Of a stretch of 64,000 nucleotides of DNA, positions 51,004 to 62,498 are shown one piece after another. The notes beneath the pieces were generated by a model. The model was not told where the DNA came from, made no database searches, and saw only the letters and a list, made by a program, of their open reading frames with translations. The position numbers and the translations under genes were made by a program. Source of the DNA: Phoronis australis (taxonomy: Eukaryota; Animalia; Phoronida); contig NMRA01000342.1 of NCBI GenBank assembly GCA_002633005.1, positions 416,301 through 480,300 on the forward strand. The letters are read 5' to 3'. Within the stretch, counting starts at the first letter, position 1; each line of letters opens with the position of its first letter.

Positions 51004-53963
51004 CTAGACTTTTGAAAATTCATCATAGACTGGATTATTCAGTGTGTATGGGTCTTTGCTTGAACTACAGCGACATCTATCATTCAGATGGTCTTCTGGA
51101 AGATTTCTGCTTCGTCGCACGAGCACGACAACGAGAACAGCGGCAAACATAATCACTGCAGCACCAGCACTAACACCTGCTATGAAAGGGGCACTAGACA
51201 GAAACGACGGGGTCATTCGATGGTCTGCACTCGCTTTAGCTTTACCGACCGGATTGGGTGACGTCACTACTATCACATCCTCAGTGTAGAGCGATTCGAT
51301 TTTCGTGACCTGACTGGATGTTTGGTAACCGAACGTAAGATTTTTATTTAAAACAGGTGCTTTTGTAGTTGCAGGACCATCCGCTGTGATTTTGATCTTG
51401 GTAGTGCCATAATTGTTTGACTTTTGCACAGTCATGTCTGGTGACGTCCCTTCTGGTTCGTGGCGTGTCGTTAAGACTGAGACGCTTTCTTCTCCTTCGG
51501 CAGTCGAATAGGGAACTGTTGTCGAGTGCGCATTAAACTTGACCTTTGCGATTTGACGTGTGGTCAAAGAACTGTCGTTTTCACCTGTAGAAGTGGTGTG
51601 ATTATAACTCGCCCAAGAGCTACCTTGCTTTGGCATACCAGACGATGTGAAAGGTATGGTGAGAAGATTAGCATGCGTAGTTGAATTCGGAGTGGTCTCG
51701 TAGTACGTGGATTCGTAAAGAATCCGTTGAGTCACGTGGCCTTGACTTGAGGTGTCAATCGTGCTTTTTAAAGACGTTTTCGAAGCTCCACTGGTTGTTA
51801 TAGTTTTGCGGGAAATATCGGATGTTGCTTTAGTCGGCAAATAACCTGATGTACTTCGACTCGTCACTTGTATGCTAATTGGCCTCGGTGAAAAATACTT
51901 TATTGTTTCTGTTCCTTCTTTCGAAGTCGACAGCTCTTCTTGGCTTATGGTCGAGATTAGCCTTCTGCGATTTTTCGATTCTGGTGTTGAGAAAGTCTCG
52001 TTGTTACCTATTGCGACTTTCACAGTAGCTGGCATTGTTGCATGCTCACCGCTGTGATCAGCTGCTGTAGTTGGAAGTGTTGTCAAATCGCCCATTGTGG
52101 TTTGTTCGACTAGTCCAGTTATCAATGTAGATTCCAAAATTGTTGACCTCATAAGGGTTGAAAGTGAATTGTTCGTTTTCGTTATTTTCGAAAAACCAGG
52201 CGTTTGTCTAGGTGAAACAGTAGATATTGGGATACTAATTTCATTGACTTTGAAGTCTGTTGGGGTAACAGAAGGTTTGCTCGAAGTTTCCTTGACGGTA
52301 CAGTTACGGCCATGGTAACCTACAAAGCAGGTGCAACGGTAGTTACCATAGGTATTTGAACATGTCCCGTGTAGGCAAGGATTCATGGCGCAGTAGTCGA
52401 TAGGTTGAGAGCAGCTGTCGCCCGTCCATCCAGTAGAACACGAGCATTTGTAAAACCCTGGCATATTTTGGCACCTGCCATTTACGCAAGGCATTGATAG
52501 ACATTCGTTAATATCGTGGGAACAATTTCTTCCGTTCCACCCTGGTGGACAATCACATGTATAGCTCCCTAAAGTGTTTCTGCACTGCCCATTATTTAAA
52601 CAAGGATTGTTGACATCTGAGCATTCGTTTACGTCATCTGAGCATCGAGATCCTGTCCAGCCATGTTCACAAACGCATTTAAAAGATCCCATGGCATTCA
52701 AACAAGTAGAATTGTTCATGCACTCGTTTTCTACTAAGCATTCGTTTATGTCACTGTCACACAACATTCCTGTCCACCCCTCGCGACAAGTGCAATTAAA
52801 GGCGCCTGGAAAATTAGTGCAGACAGCGTTGCTTGCACAAGGATTCATTGTGCACTCGTCGATGTCATCAGCACACGCAAGCCCTTGCCAACCATAGGTG
52901 CAATTGCAGTAGAATCCACCAGGTTGGTTTATGCACTGAGCCCCGTTTACGCAAGGGTCATTCAGTTCACACTCGTTGAAATCCGTCTCACACAATGGTC
53001 CAACCCATTCCGGAGGACAAAGACAATTGAATGACCCGTCTGAGTTTACGCATGTGCCGCCATTTTTGCAAACTTGATCTTCTTTGCACTCATCAACATC
53101 TTTGACGCAATTTTGACCTGTCCAACCGGCATCGCACGTGCAGTAGTATGACCCATTTTCATTATTGCAAGAACCATGGTTACACGTTCCCACAAAGTGG
53201 CATTCATTGACATCTGTCTCGCAGTGGATACCTCCCCAACCGGACATACATTTACAAGAGTATCCACCGGCACTGTTCCGACACGCTCCACCATTAAGAC
53301 ACGTGTTATTGGATAAACATTCGTCGATGTCCAGATTGCAGAGCTCACCTGTCCAACCCTTTGTACAGGAGCAGGAAAAGCTTCCATTCAAGTTAACGCA
53401 GTTACCCCCATTTTTGCATACCCCAATAAACAAACATTCGTTTACATCATTTTGGCACCTACTTCCTGTCCACCCACTCGGACAAACACATGTGAAAGAC
53501 CCATTCCTATTCAAGCACTGACCTCCATTTTCGCAAACCTCTTTCATAGCGCATTCATCAACATCTTTCTCACACATGTTCCCAACCCATCCTGTTGGAC
53601 ATATACACGAAAATCCTCCTTTCAGATTGACGCATCTGCCGCCATGTTTACATATATCTTGCTGTTGGCATTCGTCAACGTCGTCCATGCATGTTTCGCC
53701 TTTCCAACCTGGGCTGCAGGAGCAGTTAAACGAACCAGGTAAATTTTGGCAAGATCCATTGTTTGCACAGACAGAGCGTTCGCATTCATTTACGTCTTTG
53801 TCACAATCTGTCCCCTTCCATCCCATATCACAAATGCACTTGTAAGATCCAGGTGTGTCTTGACACGTGGCACCATGTTTACAAGGCAACGTCTTGCACT
53901 CGTTGACGTTGATTTCACATCTTTTTCCAGAAAAGCCTGGCCTGCAGTTACACTTGTAAGAGC
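51004..53963 (-). CDS. Terminal 2960-nt exon: end of EGF6, EGF7-20, mucin-like stalk, TM, cytoplasmic tail
   Basis: tctttctttccaag acceptor; uninterrupted ORF to TAG at 51004; AATAAA on the minus strand at 50980-50985. Confidence 0.95.
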
Positions 53964-56900
53964 CTTGGAAAGAAAGATCAAAAGACATTTCATTTACTCC
54001 ACAATAAAAGTTTTGCATTTAATTGAATTAATTAACTTTCGAGTCAGAAAACAGGAGAGACATGTACACGTTATTTATTAATCCTTACTGGGAATGTCCG
54101 TTACAGTATGAACGATTGTTACCTGGCAAATTTTGACACAGTCCGCCATTTTGGCAAGGCTTTTTGCGACACTCATCGGCATCTTTTTCGCAATTTTGAC
54201 CGAACCATCCGTGAACACAGGCGCAGCTGTACGAGCCTCCATTGTTCCTGCAGGTTCCACCATTCTGACATGGCTGCCTAGTGCGGCATTCATTTATATG
54301 CTCATTACACAGACGCCCTGTCCATCCGCGCGCGCAAATGCATTGGTACCCGCCATCATGATTGAAGCATTTCCCGCCATTTTGGCATGGTTTTCCCACT
54401 TTGCATTCATCAATGTCGGTTGCACAATCTTTTCCAGTCCAGCCACTCGTACATTTACACGTGTACGAAAACTTTGTTGGAGTACACGCGCCCCCATTTT
54501 TGCATGGCGAACCCCAACATCCTGGCATTCTATTTCCACATCGTTCCCCTGAAATTTGTAGAAACACATTTAAGACGTAAGGCGTTCACTGCAGTGTTTC
54601 AACATGTTTATAATGTTTTCAGCTATGGTGTGTGGCGGATTAACTCAGAAGACGAGTGATCTGACCATAGTCTAGATGAATAAGACTATTGCGTTATGAA
54701 AAGTGGCTCTTCATCGAGAGTTTTAGGACGTTGCAAAAGTCAATATCGTATGATTACTACATTTTAGGCTGAAGCGTTCGTGGTCACTGGGGTCACGTAA
54801 TAAATTGCATAACTATTTCCCAATTAAATATTATAAAAACAGTTTATATTTATATGTACGTAAAAATTGAATCCAATTTCAGTTTTGGAATTTCCTTGTA
54901 CGACGTGATGGATGTTTAGCACGTGCTAAACTGGCTACGTGCCGATGGTTCTGTCCCAAAAAATGTGACATTTCTCTTATAAAGCAATTAAGTTTTGAAA
55001 ATTGTTAGGTGAAGAGAAACAAACAAAGTGAAACTGCACTGTATTGATGACAAAGAAGTTGTCAACCGATCAAAGATCACAAAAGGTTCCGAAACTCAGA
55101 CTCTAAAAGCGTTTGCACGATTAATAAATTGTGGTAAAAGCGATTTTTAATTTAGTAGAAATACACGCGATTATAGATTGTAAAGAGGATCTTGTATTCC
55201 GATCTCTACTCGGAAGAAGAGGCATAAAGTAGACGTCGCCTTAGAGAACAAGATTGTGACAAAAGGCCACGGGGCATATTTAATCAAAAGAAAAATCTCT
55301 TTGTTCAAACTTGTGCAACAAATTTGCTAACCCTGCACATCAGTCGTGGAATAGAACATACGTAAAAGCAGTAAAGTTAGATGACTGCAAATGATACTTC
55401 CATAACTTGCATGACTTCACAGCAAACACGCACAGTCTCTGTTATTCTTCAACGAAAGATAATTCACTAGCAACACGTGGTGGTGAAATTTGGAAGTAAT
55501 ACTCAAAACATCAATATACTGTTATTGAAGTTGTGACAAAAAACGCATTACCAATCTAACTATGTTGACAATAATGTTACGACGCATTGACAAATCTTTC
55601 ACATGTGTTATAAGGAAGCAGTTGTTGTTTTAGACAAAATACATAAAACAAATGATAGTGATTGAGATTCACAATTTAGCTACCTAAGACTCACATCACG
55701 TCAAACCAGCATCTATGTCACTTGGTCCATGAGCATTTTTAATTCAACAAATTTAAAGCCTAAATTTTCAAACAACAAGTCTTACCCCCTTTCCAAATTA
55801 GACAGGTGCTGACACTTGCTGTGGTCCTGGATATCCAAAAAAGTTCTAAAGTGTTTTGATATATTCAAATGTTGATTTGACTTTGTTTAAAAATAAAATA
55901 TAGATTTTTAAAAATTAATTTTAGTCAGTAGTCCGCAACAACAACTTAACATGGAGGCAGACATCTTGTACGAGTTCTGCGCATAAAGTTGAATTACAGA
56001 GAAGAGTTTATACGTGTAGCACATGTCAAATTTAAAAACGCAGTATAAAAATATATTGCTTACACTTTTCAAATATCAAACGTTTGAGAATATATCAAGA
56101 AATTGAAGTTTTCCTACATTCGGTATGGTCAAAAGATAAGAAACTGGAATAACGGTCCATGGATTATAAGTAGTTGGATAACTGGTTACAAGCTGATAGC
56201 AACATACTATCGATATGCACTTCAAAAGCAGAGACAGTCGAAGATTCATTACGTTATGGTAGTTCAGTCGTGAGAATGGTATGACAGCTCGGTACCGTAA
56301 CCCCTGCTTCGGGACGCTACTTAATTTGGAATACATGCCACAGCGTTCTGGCTCTAGCGATAAGTTTTTACTTAAGGTTATCTAGGACCTTCATAAACGA
56401 CCTCAACTCTAACTCAAATATCGAAGAAAATGCTTTGTCAACCATTGAAATTATATGTTTTCTGAAAGGAGATTGATTGGGGATTTTAAAAATATGTTTC
56501 TTACTACTGTTTCTTGATTATTGTCACGTGATCATGTTTTAGGTCGAATTTTCATTTGCAAGAAAGGTACATTGATAGCAATTCTATTCAAATCTTTTTT
56601 TATAAAAATTACGTTATGTCTCAAAACGCTGTTAGGATTTTGTATTGCATAAAATGGTTAGCGATATACTAAGCATTTAAAAGCAAAACAAAATCCTAAC
56701 AGCGTTTTTGAGCCATAACGTAAAGTTTTCATTTAAAAAAGGTTTTAGAAAAATCGGCTGGGGTGTTTTTGCTATGAAATTACGTTTCTTGCACATGAAA
56801 AGACACAGTAGTTAGAAGCATATTTCTAGAATCCTCGATTTTGATTTTTCTCCTTTCAGAAAATATATACTTTTAATACTTGACAGAGCATAGTTTTTTC

Positions 56901-59900
56901 CATATTTGACTTAGAGTTGAGGTCGTTCATTGAGGTCCTAGGTAGCCTTAAGGTTATACGGGACCTTTTAGACGAGTGTGAACATTCAGTTATAAAACCC
57001 GGAAACTCAATTTAGCTCAAAAAGTTTATATTTTCTGAAAGCAGACTTTGATTTTTGACTTTATGCCAATCTACCGATGATGGGGTCACGCGACCATTTC
57101 TTTTAAACAAGCTTAGCCAAAGCGTAAGGGTACAGTGATATTTATAGCTTCCTCACGTTTCGTCTCGTTTTCATTTTGAGCAACTTTATTTTTTTTAAAA
57201 CGGTACGTAAAACATAGTATTTGAAAGTTTCAGTTAAATCAGATCTGCTATGTCTGAGATGTAATGTGACGAAGTTAACCAAATTTGAAAATTTTCTGTG
57301 GTCCTACATAGCATAAAACTAAGTTAAAATGACTGAAATTATACCTTCCCAACCATGACTACAACGACAGTGGTACGACCCCACTGTGTTATTACAATGA
57401 CCGCCATTAAGACACCACCCAGTAGTGCTGCACTCATTTACGTCTTCCGTGCACTTTGAGCCTTTCCATTCTGCTGGGCATGCGCACGAGTATGCTAAAG
57501 CCTGCTTATTTGTACATGTGCCGTTGTTTTCGCACGGATTGGAGTCGCAACCTGGAATCAGAGATAGATCTTAACAGTAGACAGTTCGTTCATCAACTGA
57601 ACAAGATTTCAACTTAAGTCCCTACTTGAACACCAAATGTAAGGATATTTTCTTGTCACTGTAATTAGATGTTCACACGCAATTATTCATGTGCGCCATG
57701 GAATTGGAAAGAACGTGTTGCTTATATGATGAGAAAAAATTTTTGTTCTTGCAGAGTACTGAAACTTCTCGAGCAATGTTTGAGTAATGAATGCTTTGAG
57801 ACCAATTGCATAACAGTAGGTGGACTTAAATAGGACTGAAACACGAAAACAGACAAAATTGCATTACACAAAGTGGTTCTCTGCTACAGAAACAAAAATC
57901 AACCTGTTCACCAGGTATTTTTACGGTTTGTTCGTAAAACTTTTGAATATCTACTGACGTCAAAGCTTTTTTCTTCAAATTTCAATTTTCAAGAAGAACA
58001 TCCTCTCAACTGCTCGACACCTCCGCGATTTTTCTCCCTCAAGGCATGGCACGTCTACTTGTTTGGGACGGCAAGACATAGACGTAGCACATTTTCCTCA
58101 TACAGAAAATATGACCTTTGACCACAGCGACTTTAAGCAGCACACAGTCAGATTAAGAGGCTTTTGAAGTCCTATCTATTTAAAATGTGTTATAAAGTTA
58201 TCTCAGTATTCAAATATATATTTAAAACGCACTTAGAATTCTTTTTGGAAAATTGTTTGCTTCACTGGGTTGCCTCACACTGTGTCGTCGACCTCAGTTT
58301 CGGAGTGTGATCACACATATCCATCTTGTTAGTCAGCAGTTTTTCGAATGAGCATGAGCGCATGCGCACATTTATATGTGGGTGGGAGATTAGAAACTGT
58401 GTGTTGACTACAGAGTTTTTTCTTTGCGCGTTTCTTAAAAATCGTGAATTTTATGATTTTTCCTGTAAATTCGCTCACAGGAGAAATCGACTAGCTCTGT
58501 AGTAGACGTTGCGAGAAGGTACTTTGGTCGGGAATTGTTTAATATAAATTTTGACAAGATTTCGCGTTCCAGGTCTCTTTAATCAATATTTGTAACGTAA
58601 GGCAGGTTTGTACCCGTTTGAATTATTCTTTTATTCTTATTTCACCTATCTCATGAGTTAAATGTCCTACTTTTGAAAGAACGCTCAGCTGCCTTAATGT
58701 TAGCAACCTACCACAACCAATTGTTATCTGATCCAGCATATAGTAACGAACTTTGGGCCTTGGTACATTTCTTGCTGAAAAAATTATCTGAAATAAAAAG
58801 TTACATGTTTGAAGAGCAATCAGAGGCGGAAACCCCATATTGGCATATGGACAATGCCCGGTGCATCTCCCACCCTTTGTCTTTCAGTTGTGGGAAATCG
58901 TGAGAATTCAGTTTGCTAGGTAACCAACACGGATTTGGACTCAGGAACACAAAAACTCGTCTGTGTGGATAAATTTCATGTACATACAAGATGAGGTGAA
59001 TTCCACAAAAGTTAGGCCACGACTTGTCAAAAGAGTGAACTTTGCATGGACTGCGCATGCTCTCATTCTGCCATGCTCTGTTCAAATACTTTCAAAACTC
59101 GTTTTGTGTTGCACTATAGAATGTGTCTTGCCACATTTCACGCGTCACGTGACTAAGTTATAGTTCGTGAGGAGATGACGAAATTACTCTGGTACACTGG
59201 GAGTACTTACATACACGAAGATGTCGTATACAGGTTGTGAAATTGTTCTGCCGACGCTACTAGTGTACCTGTATTGCGTTTTGATACACGTTTATTTTTG
59301 AAATTTCGTATGACGAAGGAAATACGAACGTTGTCGCATTACCACAGTGATTTACTTTAGAAAGTTCCTGGGCAGTAAAAAAATTAATGTGCAAATTTCG
59401 TTTGATGCGCAATATTACCAAGCGCTTTATTAGATGAAGGCTGTACTTATGGAAGCAGAATTCCGGTCTTTAATGATAAGTGTGAGACGAGCAAGCTCGT
59501 GCATCGAATATAGTTTAAAATGTAGTCTAAGAAGAAACAAAGGAATTGACTATGTTTGAAAATGTGCAAGTAAAACTCATTCTGCCCCCCGTTGACAGGT
59601 GTGCTGGGCTGGACTACAGAAAGCATAAATCAAAATGATGACCGAGTGGTGCTGAAGAATAATTCAAAGCATGGAATTAAGGCTTTACTTATCTACGCAG
59701 TTGAATAGAGTTGATAGTCTAAACTCAATAAACTGAGAGCAAAGACTGGCAATAGAAAGACACAATTAATAAAAGTACTCACTCGAAATTTCTTGTCCTT
59801 TGTACGGGATTTCAATCCTTGCTCGTATACACTCCATGTTTTGGAGCCCGACTTTGTCTCGAAGATGAGAGCAGATGTACTTTTATATTTCACCTCTACT

Positions 59901-60701
59901 TTAAGGTGCATGTTTTTGCCACCAGGGGTATAGTACAAAAATCGCAATCCACAAAATCCATTGGAATTACTCTCAAACCACGGTGATGACAGTGTCGTGT
60001 AATCTAGCCCTCCATCAGGTTTGGTCCTTACATACACAATTTTACCTGAAGTTCATGAAAATTGATTTACAACGTGACTAGTATTGGCAAAGCAATGCAA
60101 TTTAAAGGTATACACTCGAACTTTCTAAGGCCTCCTGCTCATTCCATCTTAACAGCTGTGTGCAAACACAGGACTCAAAACAGACTAGGACGGGCAATCA
60201 CATTTGTAGATACATGTATGCCTCTATGACCCAAGAGTCGATGTCAGAGTACGGCTTACAGTACTAGAACACACAATGGCTCAAATAACTTCGTTAAGTT
60301 AGTTGTTTGCCATTAATGTCTTCGGAAAAGTGAACAATATCTAATCATCGGTAATTTCCAGTCTAGTACTCTATGCAATTTCCCGGGGTCGGCTCAATAG
60401 TCCAAAGGCTGGAAGGGTTGTTTGTCAGAAGGGCCGATAGCCCGGAGGTCCGATAGCCCGACGTGGTTTTGAAACTCGTATTTATAAAAAAGCATTGAAA
60501 AGAACAATCCGAGGAAATATGAAGTGTTAAAACGCTCCCAGAATGTGTGGAAACGCACCACTTCATGCTCAGAACTTTTTGTGAGCGGGAGCAGACAGCA
60601 CTTCCTGACCTTTGATACAGCCGGCGATATCCACTGATATTTTTCTGGGTCCTGCGTTTGATAAAAGTGGTACTGCTGCGGTGGTGGCGGAATGACAAAA
60701 C
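51004..60701 (-). CDS. Type I membrane protein: MAM domain - 20 EGF-like repeats (mostly calcium-binding type) - ~370-aa Ser/Thr-rich stalk - TM - short tail with NPVY and C-terminal SKV; 5'-partial
   Basis: Exons 60701-60610 (tentative), 60045-59783, 58787-58712, 57551-57345, 54548-54123, 53963-51004. All GT-AG and phase-consistent, ~1340 aa in the window. D(V/I)(N/D)EC repeats; TM FIAGVSAGAAVIMFAAVLVVVLV followed by RRSR. No LNR, ankyrin or DSL domains. Confidence 0.88.
54123..54548 (-). CDS. EGF repeats 3-6 exon
   Basis: GERCGNRMPGCWGSPCKNGG...DADECRKKPCQNGGLCQNLP; 426 nt; phase 1-1. Confidence 0.93.
56376..56947. mobile_element. Palindromic MITE with TTAA target duplication (Kolobok-like GG...CC termini); a related element follows immediately at ~56952-57312
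   Basis: ttaa|ggttatctaggacct...aggtcctaggtagcc|ttaa; arms are complementary up to a central hairpin at ~56610-56722. Confidence 0.85.
57345..57551 (-). CDS. EGF repeats 1-2 exon (absent from the ORF track)
   Basis: GCDSNPCENNGTCTNKQALAYSCACPAEWKGSKCTEDVNECSTTGWCLNGGHCNNTVGSYHCRCSHGWE; phase 1-1. Confidence 0.92.
58712..58787 (-). CDS. MAM domain C-terminal exon (IIFSARNVPRPKVRYYMLDQITIGC)
   Basis: tttttatttcag|ATA...TGT G|gtaggt; phase 0-1 exactly bridges its neighbours; matches the MAM IIF...LD.I...C end. Confidence 0.78.
59783..60045 (-). CDS. MAM domain core exon
   Basis: GKIVYVRTKP...TTLSSPWFES...FCGLRFLYYTPG...LKVEV...W...KFR|gtgagt, matching the MAM L.SP...C.L.F.Y pattern. Confidence 0.85.
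60610..60701 (-). CDS. Probable MAM-domain exon (FCHSATTAAVPLLSNAGPRKISVDIAGCIK)
   Basis: aaaatag|...aaag|gtcagg; phase 2-1 joins to GKIVYV; resembles the MAM S.TGP..D..G...G segment; divergent. Confidence 0.5.
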
Positions 60702-61859
60702 CTATTTTCACAGTTTTCAGCGAGCAATTATGGTCACACATTTATAGTAGGTATAGCGCAATTAAAGGTGACGTTTCCATTGTTGTAAACTTCCATGGAC
60801 TACAAGTAAGTCAGCCCTTCGTAAAGGTTTTTACTCGTAATATGAACTGAAAAAACAATGTTTTAACGGACATTCTCCGCGAGAAAATAATTATTCATAA
60901 ATTATCAGTAGTGCAGAGTCGCAATTTCAGGCCTCGTGAGGAGAATTTCACGTGATTTTCAATATTTTTGAGAGGAGAATGTCCCCGATATTCGGCCCCA
61001 AAATCGAGGTATTGGGGGCTTTATCCTTTTTGGAAGGAAATGTATCATGTGTCAACCCATAGCCATGAAAACACAGCCTGGTTGGCCGAAGATTCACCGG
61101 TCGTTGCCACGATGCTCGGCAACCGAGATGCGACAAAATGTGATCAAACTTTCTTAAACAATTTTACCCAAAATATTTTCCTTCGTCGAAGCGTTTGGCT
61201 ACGACCCAACGCTTCCGAATCTCAGCATTTTAGGGATTGTGAAAAAGACAGTTGAATGGCTGTATTTTTTCTATCGCCGTTCGAGCAACGCGGAACACAA
61301 CTGATCAGAAACTATCTTAGTGAGCCTCGTTTTGGAGCGCGCTTCTTGCATGCGTGAATTAGGTGTACATGTATATTGGCTTCGAAAACTTTTTGGCTCT
61401 CATTTACTACTCAGGTCCGGAGCCAGCATTGCCCAGGGAGTGGTTCGAATTTCTGGAACATTGGACCTTTGATATTTTGCAAAAGTCGACCCACCAAACT
61501 TTCAAATCAGACGTGCTTAAATACATATTCAGACGGAATTGTTTAGACTGAGAATGACTTGAAATTTTTATCTGGTTGTATTTTGCATGTTACTTACATC
61601 GCTGGAAATGGGCACAGCAGACTTTTGTGAACGTCCACTACTTCGAAGGTTCACTATTCCGAAAGTATCTAAATTTTCTAACCCAGGTTTATTTTTTATA
61701 CTTTTGTATGTAAAAGTAAACGGTACTTCGGTTGTTAGATGCTCGGAGTGGTGTACCTATACCGAAAACAACGTCCGCGTACTATTGATTTCATGCGCAT
61801 AAGAAATTGCCTGCATGTCTTACGAATACGGAAAACTAAGAATGTTCTTGCATTTTTAA

Positions 61860-62498
61860 AAGGATACCAAATCCAAGTTTGGCCTATTGACGGATACTAA
61901 AAATGACTTTCCCATCCAGTTCTCTAAAACAAAATGATACTCTGTAACCACTGACAACCCTCAAAAGTTTGCTGAAAATTTTGAACACTGTCAAAGTTTG
62001 CTAAACGAGCAAGCGTAACCTACGTTTTTTGCGAAGTACAAGACAACAGTCACGTGGGAAAGGCCCACCGAACAAGGACCGTATTGTCCAAACCATGACA
62101 AGGGGTGTATGAACTTTCACGTGATTCCTTCCTTAAAAAAGATTCTAAACCACATTTTGATGATTTCAGCGAATCCTCGTTCTCTCACTTGTTGTTGCAT
62201 CATTGGCGTCAGTCTTGAAAGATAAAGCAGGAATCAACTAAGAATTCGTACACACTTTCTCATGAATTGAGACATTATAGTCTTTGGTGGGTGGTCTTTT
62301 CCCACAGATGCCGTGTAACTCGCTAAAAGCGTAGGTCACGCTTGCGTCTTTATCAGAATTTTTAAGGAGTTTTCTAATTTTCCTCAAAACTTTAGAGGGT
62401 TTTCGAGCTGTTACAGAGCATTATTTGGTTTCAGAGAACTGGATGGGAAAGTCGTTTTTAGTATCTATTAATTGGATAAAATCGGGTTTGGTATACTT
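61860..62498. mobile_element. Palindromic MITE (~640 bp) flanked by TTAA
   Basis: ttaa|aaggataccaaa...gatactaaaaatgactttcccatccagttctct vs agagaactggatgggaaagtcgtttttagtatc...tttggtatactt|ttaa. Confidence 0.85.

Noticed and set aside
53964-54018. ORF-track start MQNFYCGV for the 1004-aa ORF
   Set aside because: Intronic read-through; the acceptor at 53965/53964 joins in phase to the exon ending at 54123
51044-54659. Plus-strand ORFs overlapping the EGF exons
   Set aside because: Antisense shadows of a Cys/Gly-rich repetitive coding sequence
55786-55826. Possible 41-nt exon in the EGF gene intron (ccag|...gggg|gtaaga)
   Set aside because: Not a multiple of 3 and it would interrupt EGF2, which is completed correctly by direct 57345-54548 splicing
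51004-57551. Calling the EGF gene Notch, Delta/Serrate, Crumbs or fibropellin
   Set aside because: No LNR, ankyrin, DSL, LamG/ERLI or avidin domains; a MAM domain, mucin stalk and NPVY/SKV tail are present instead
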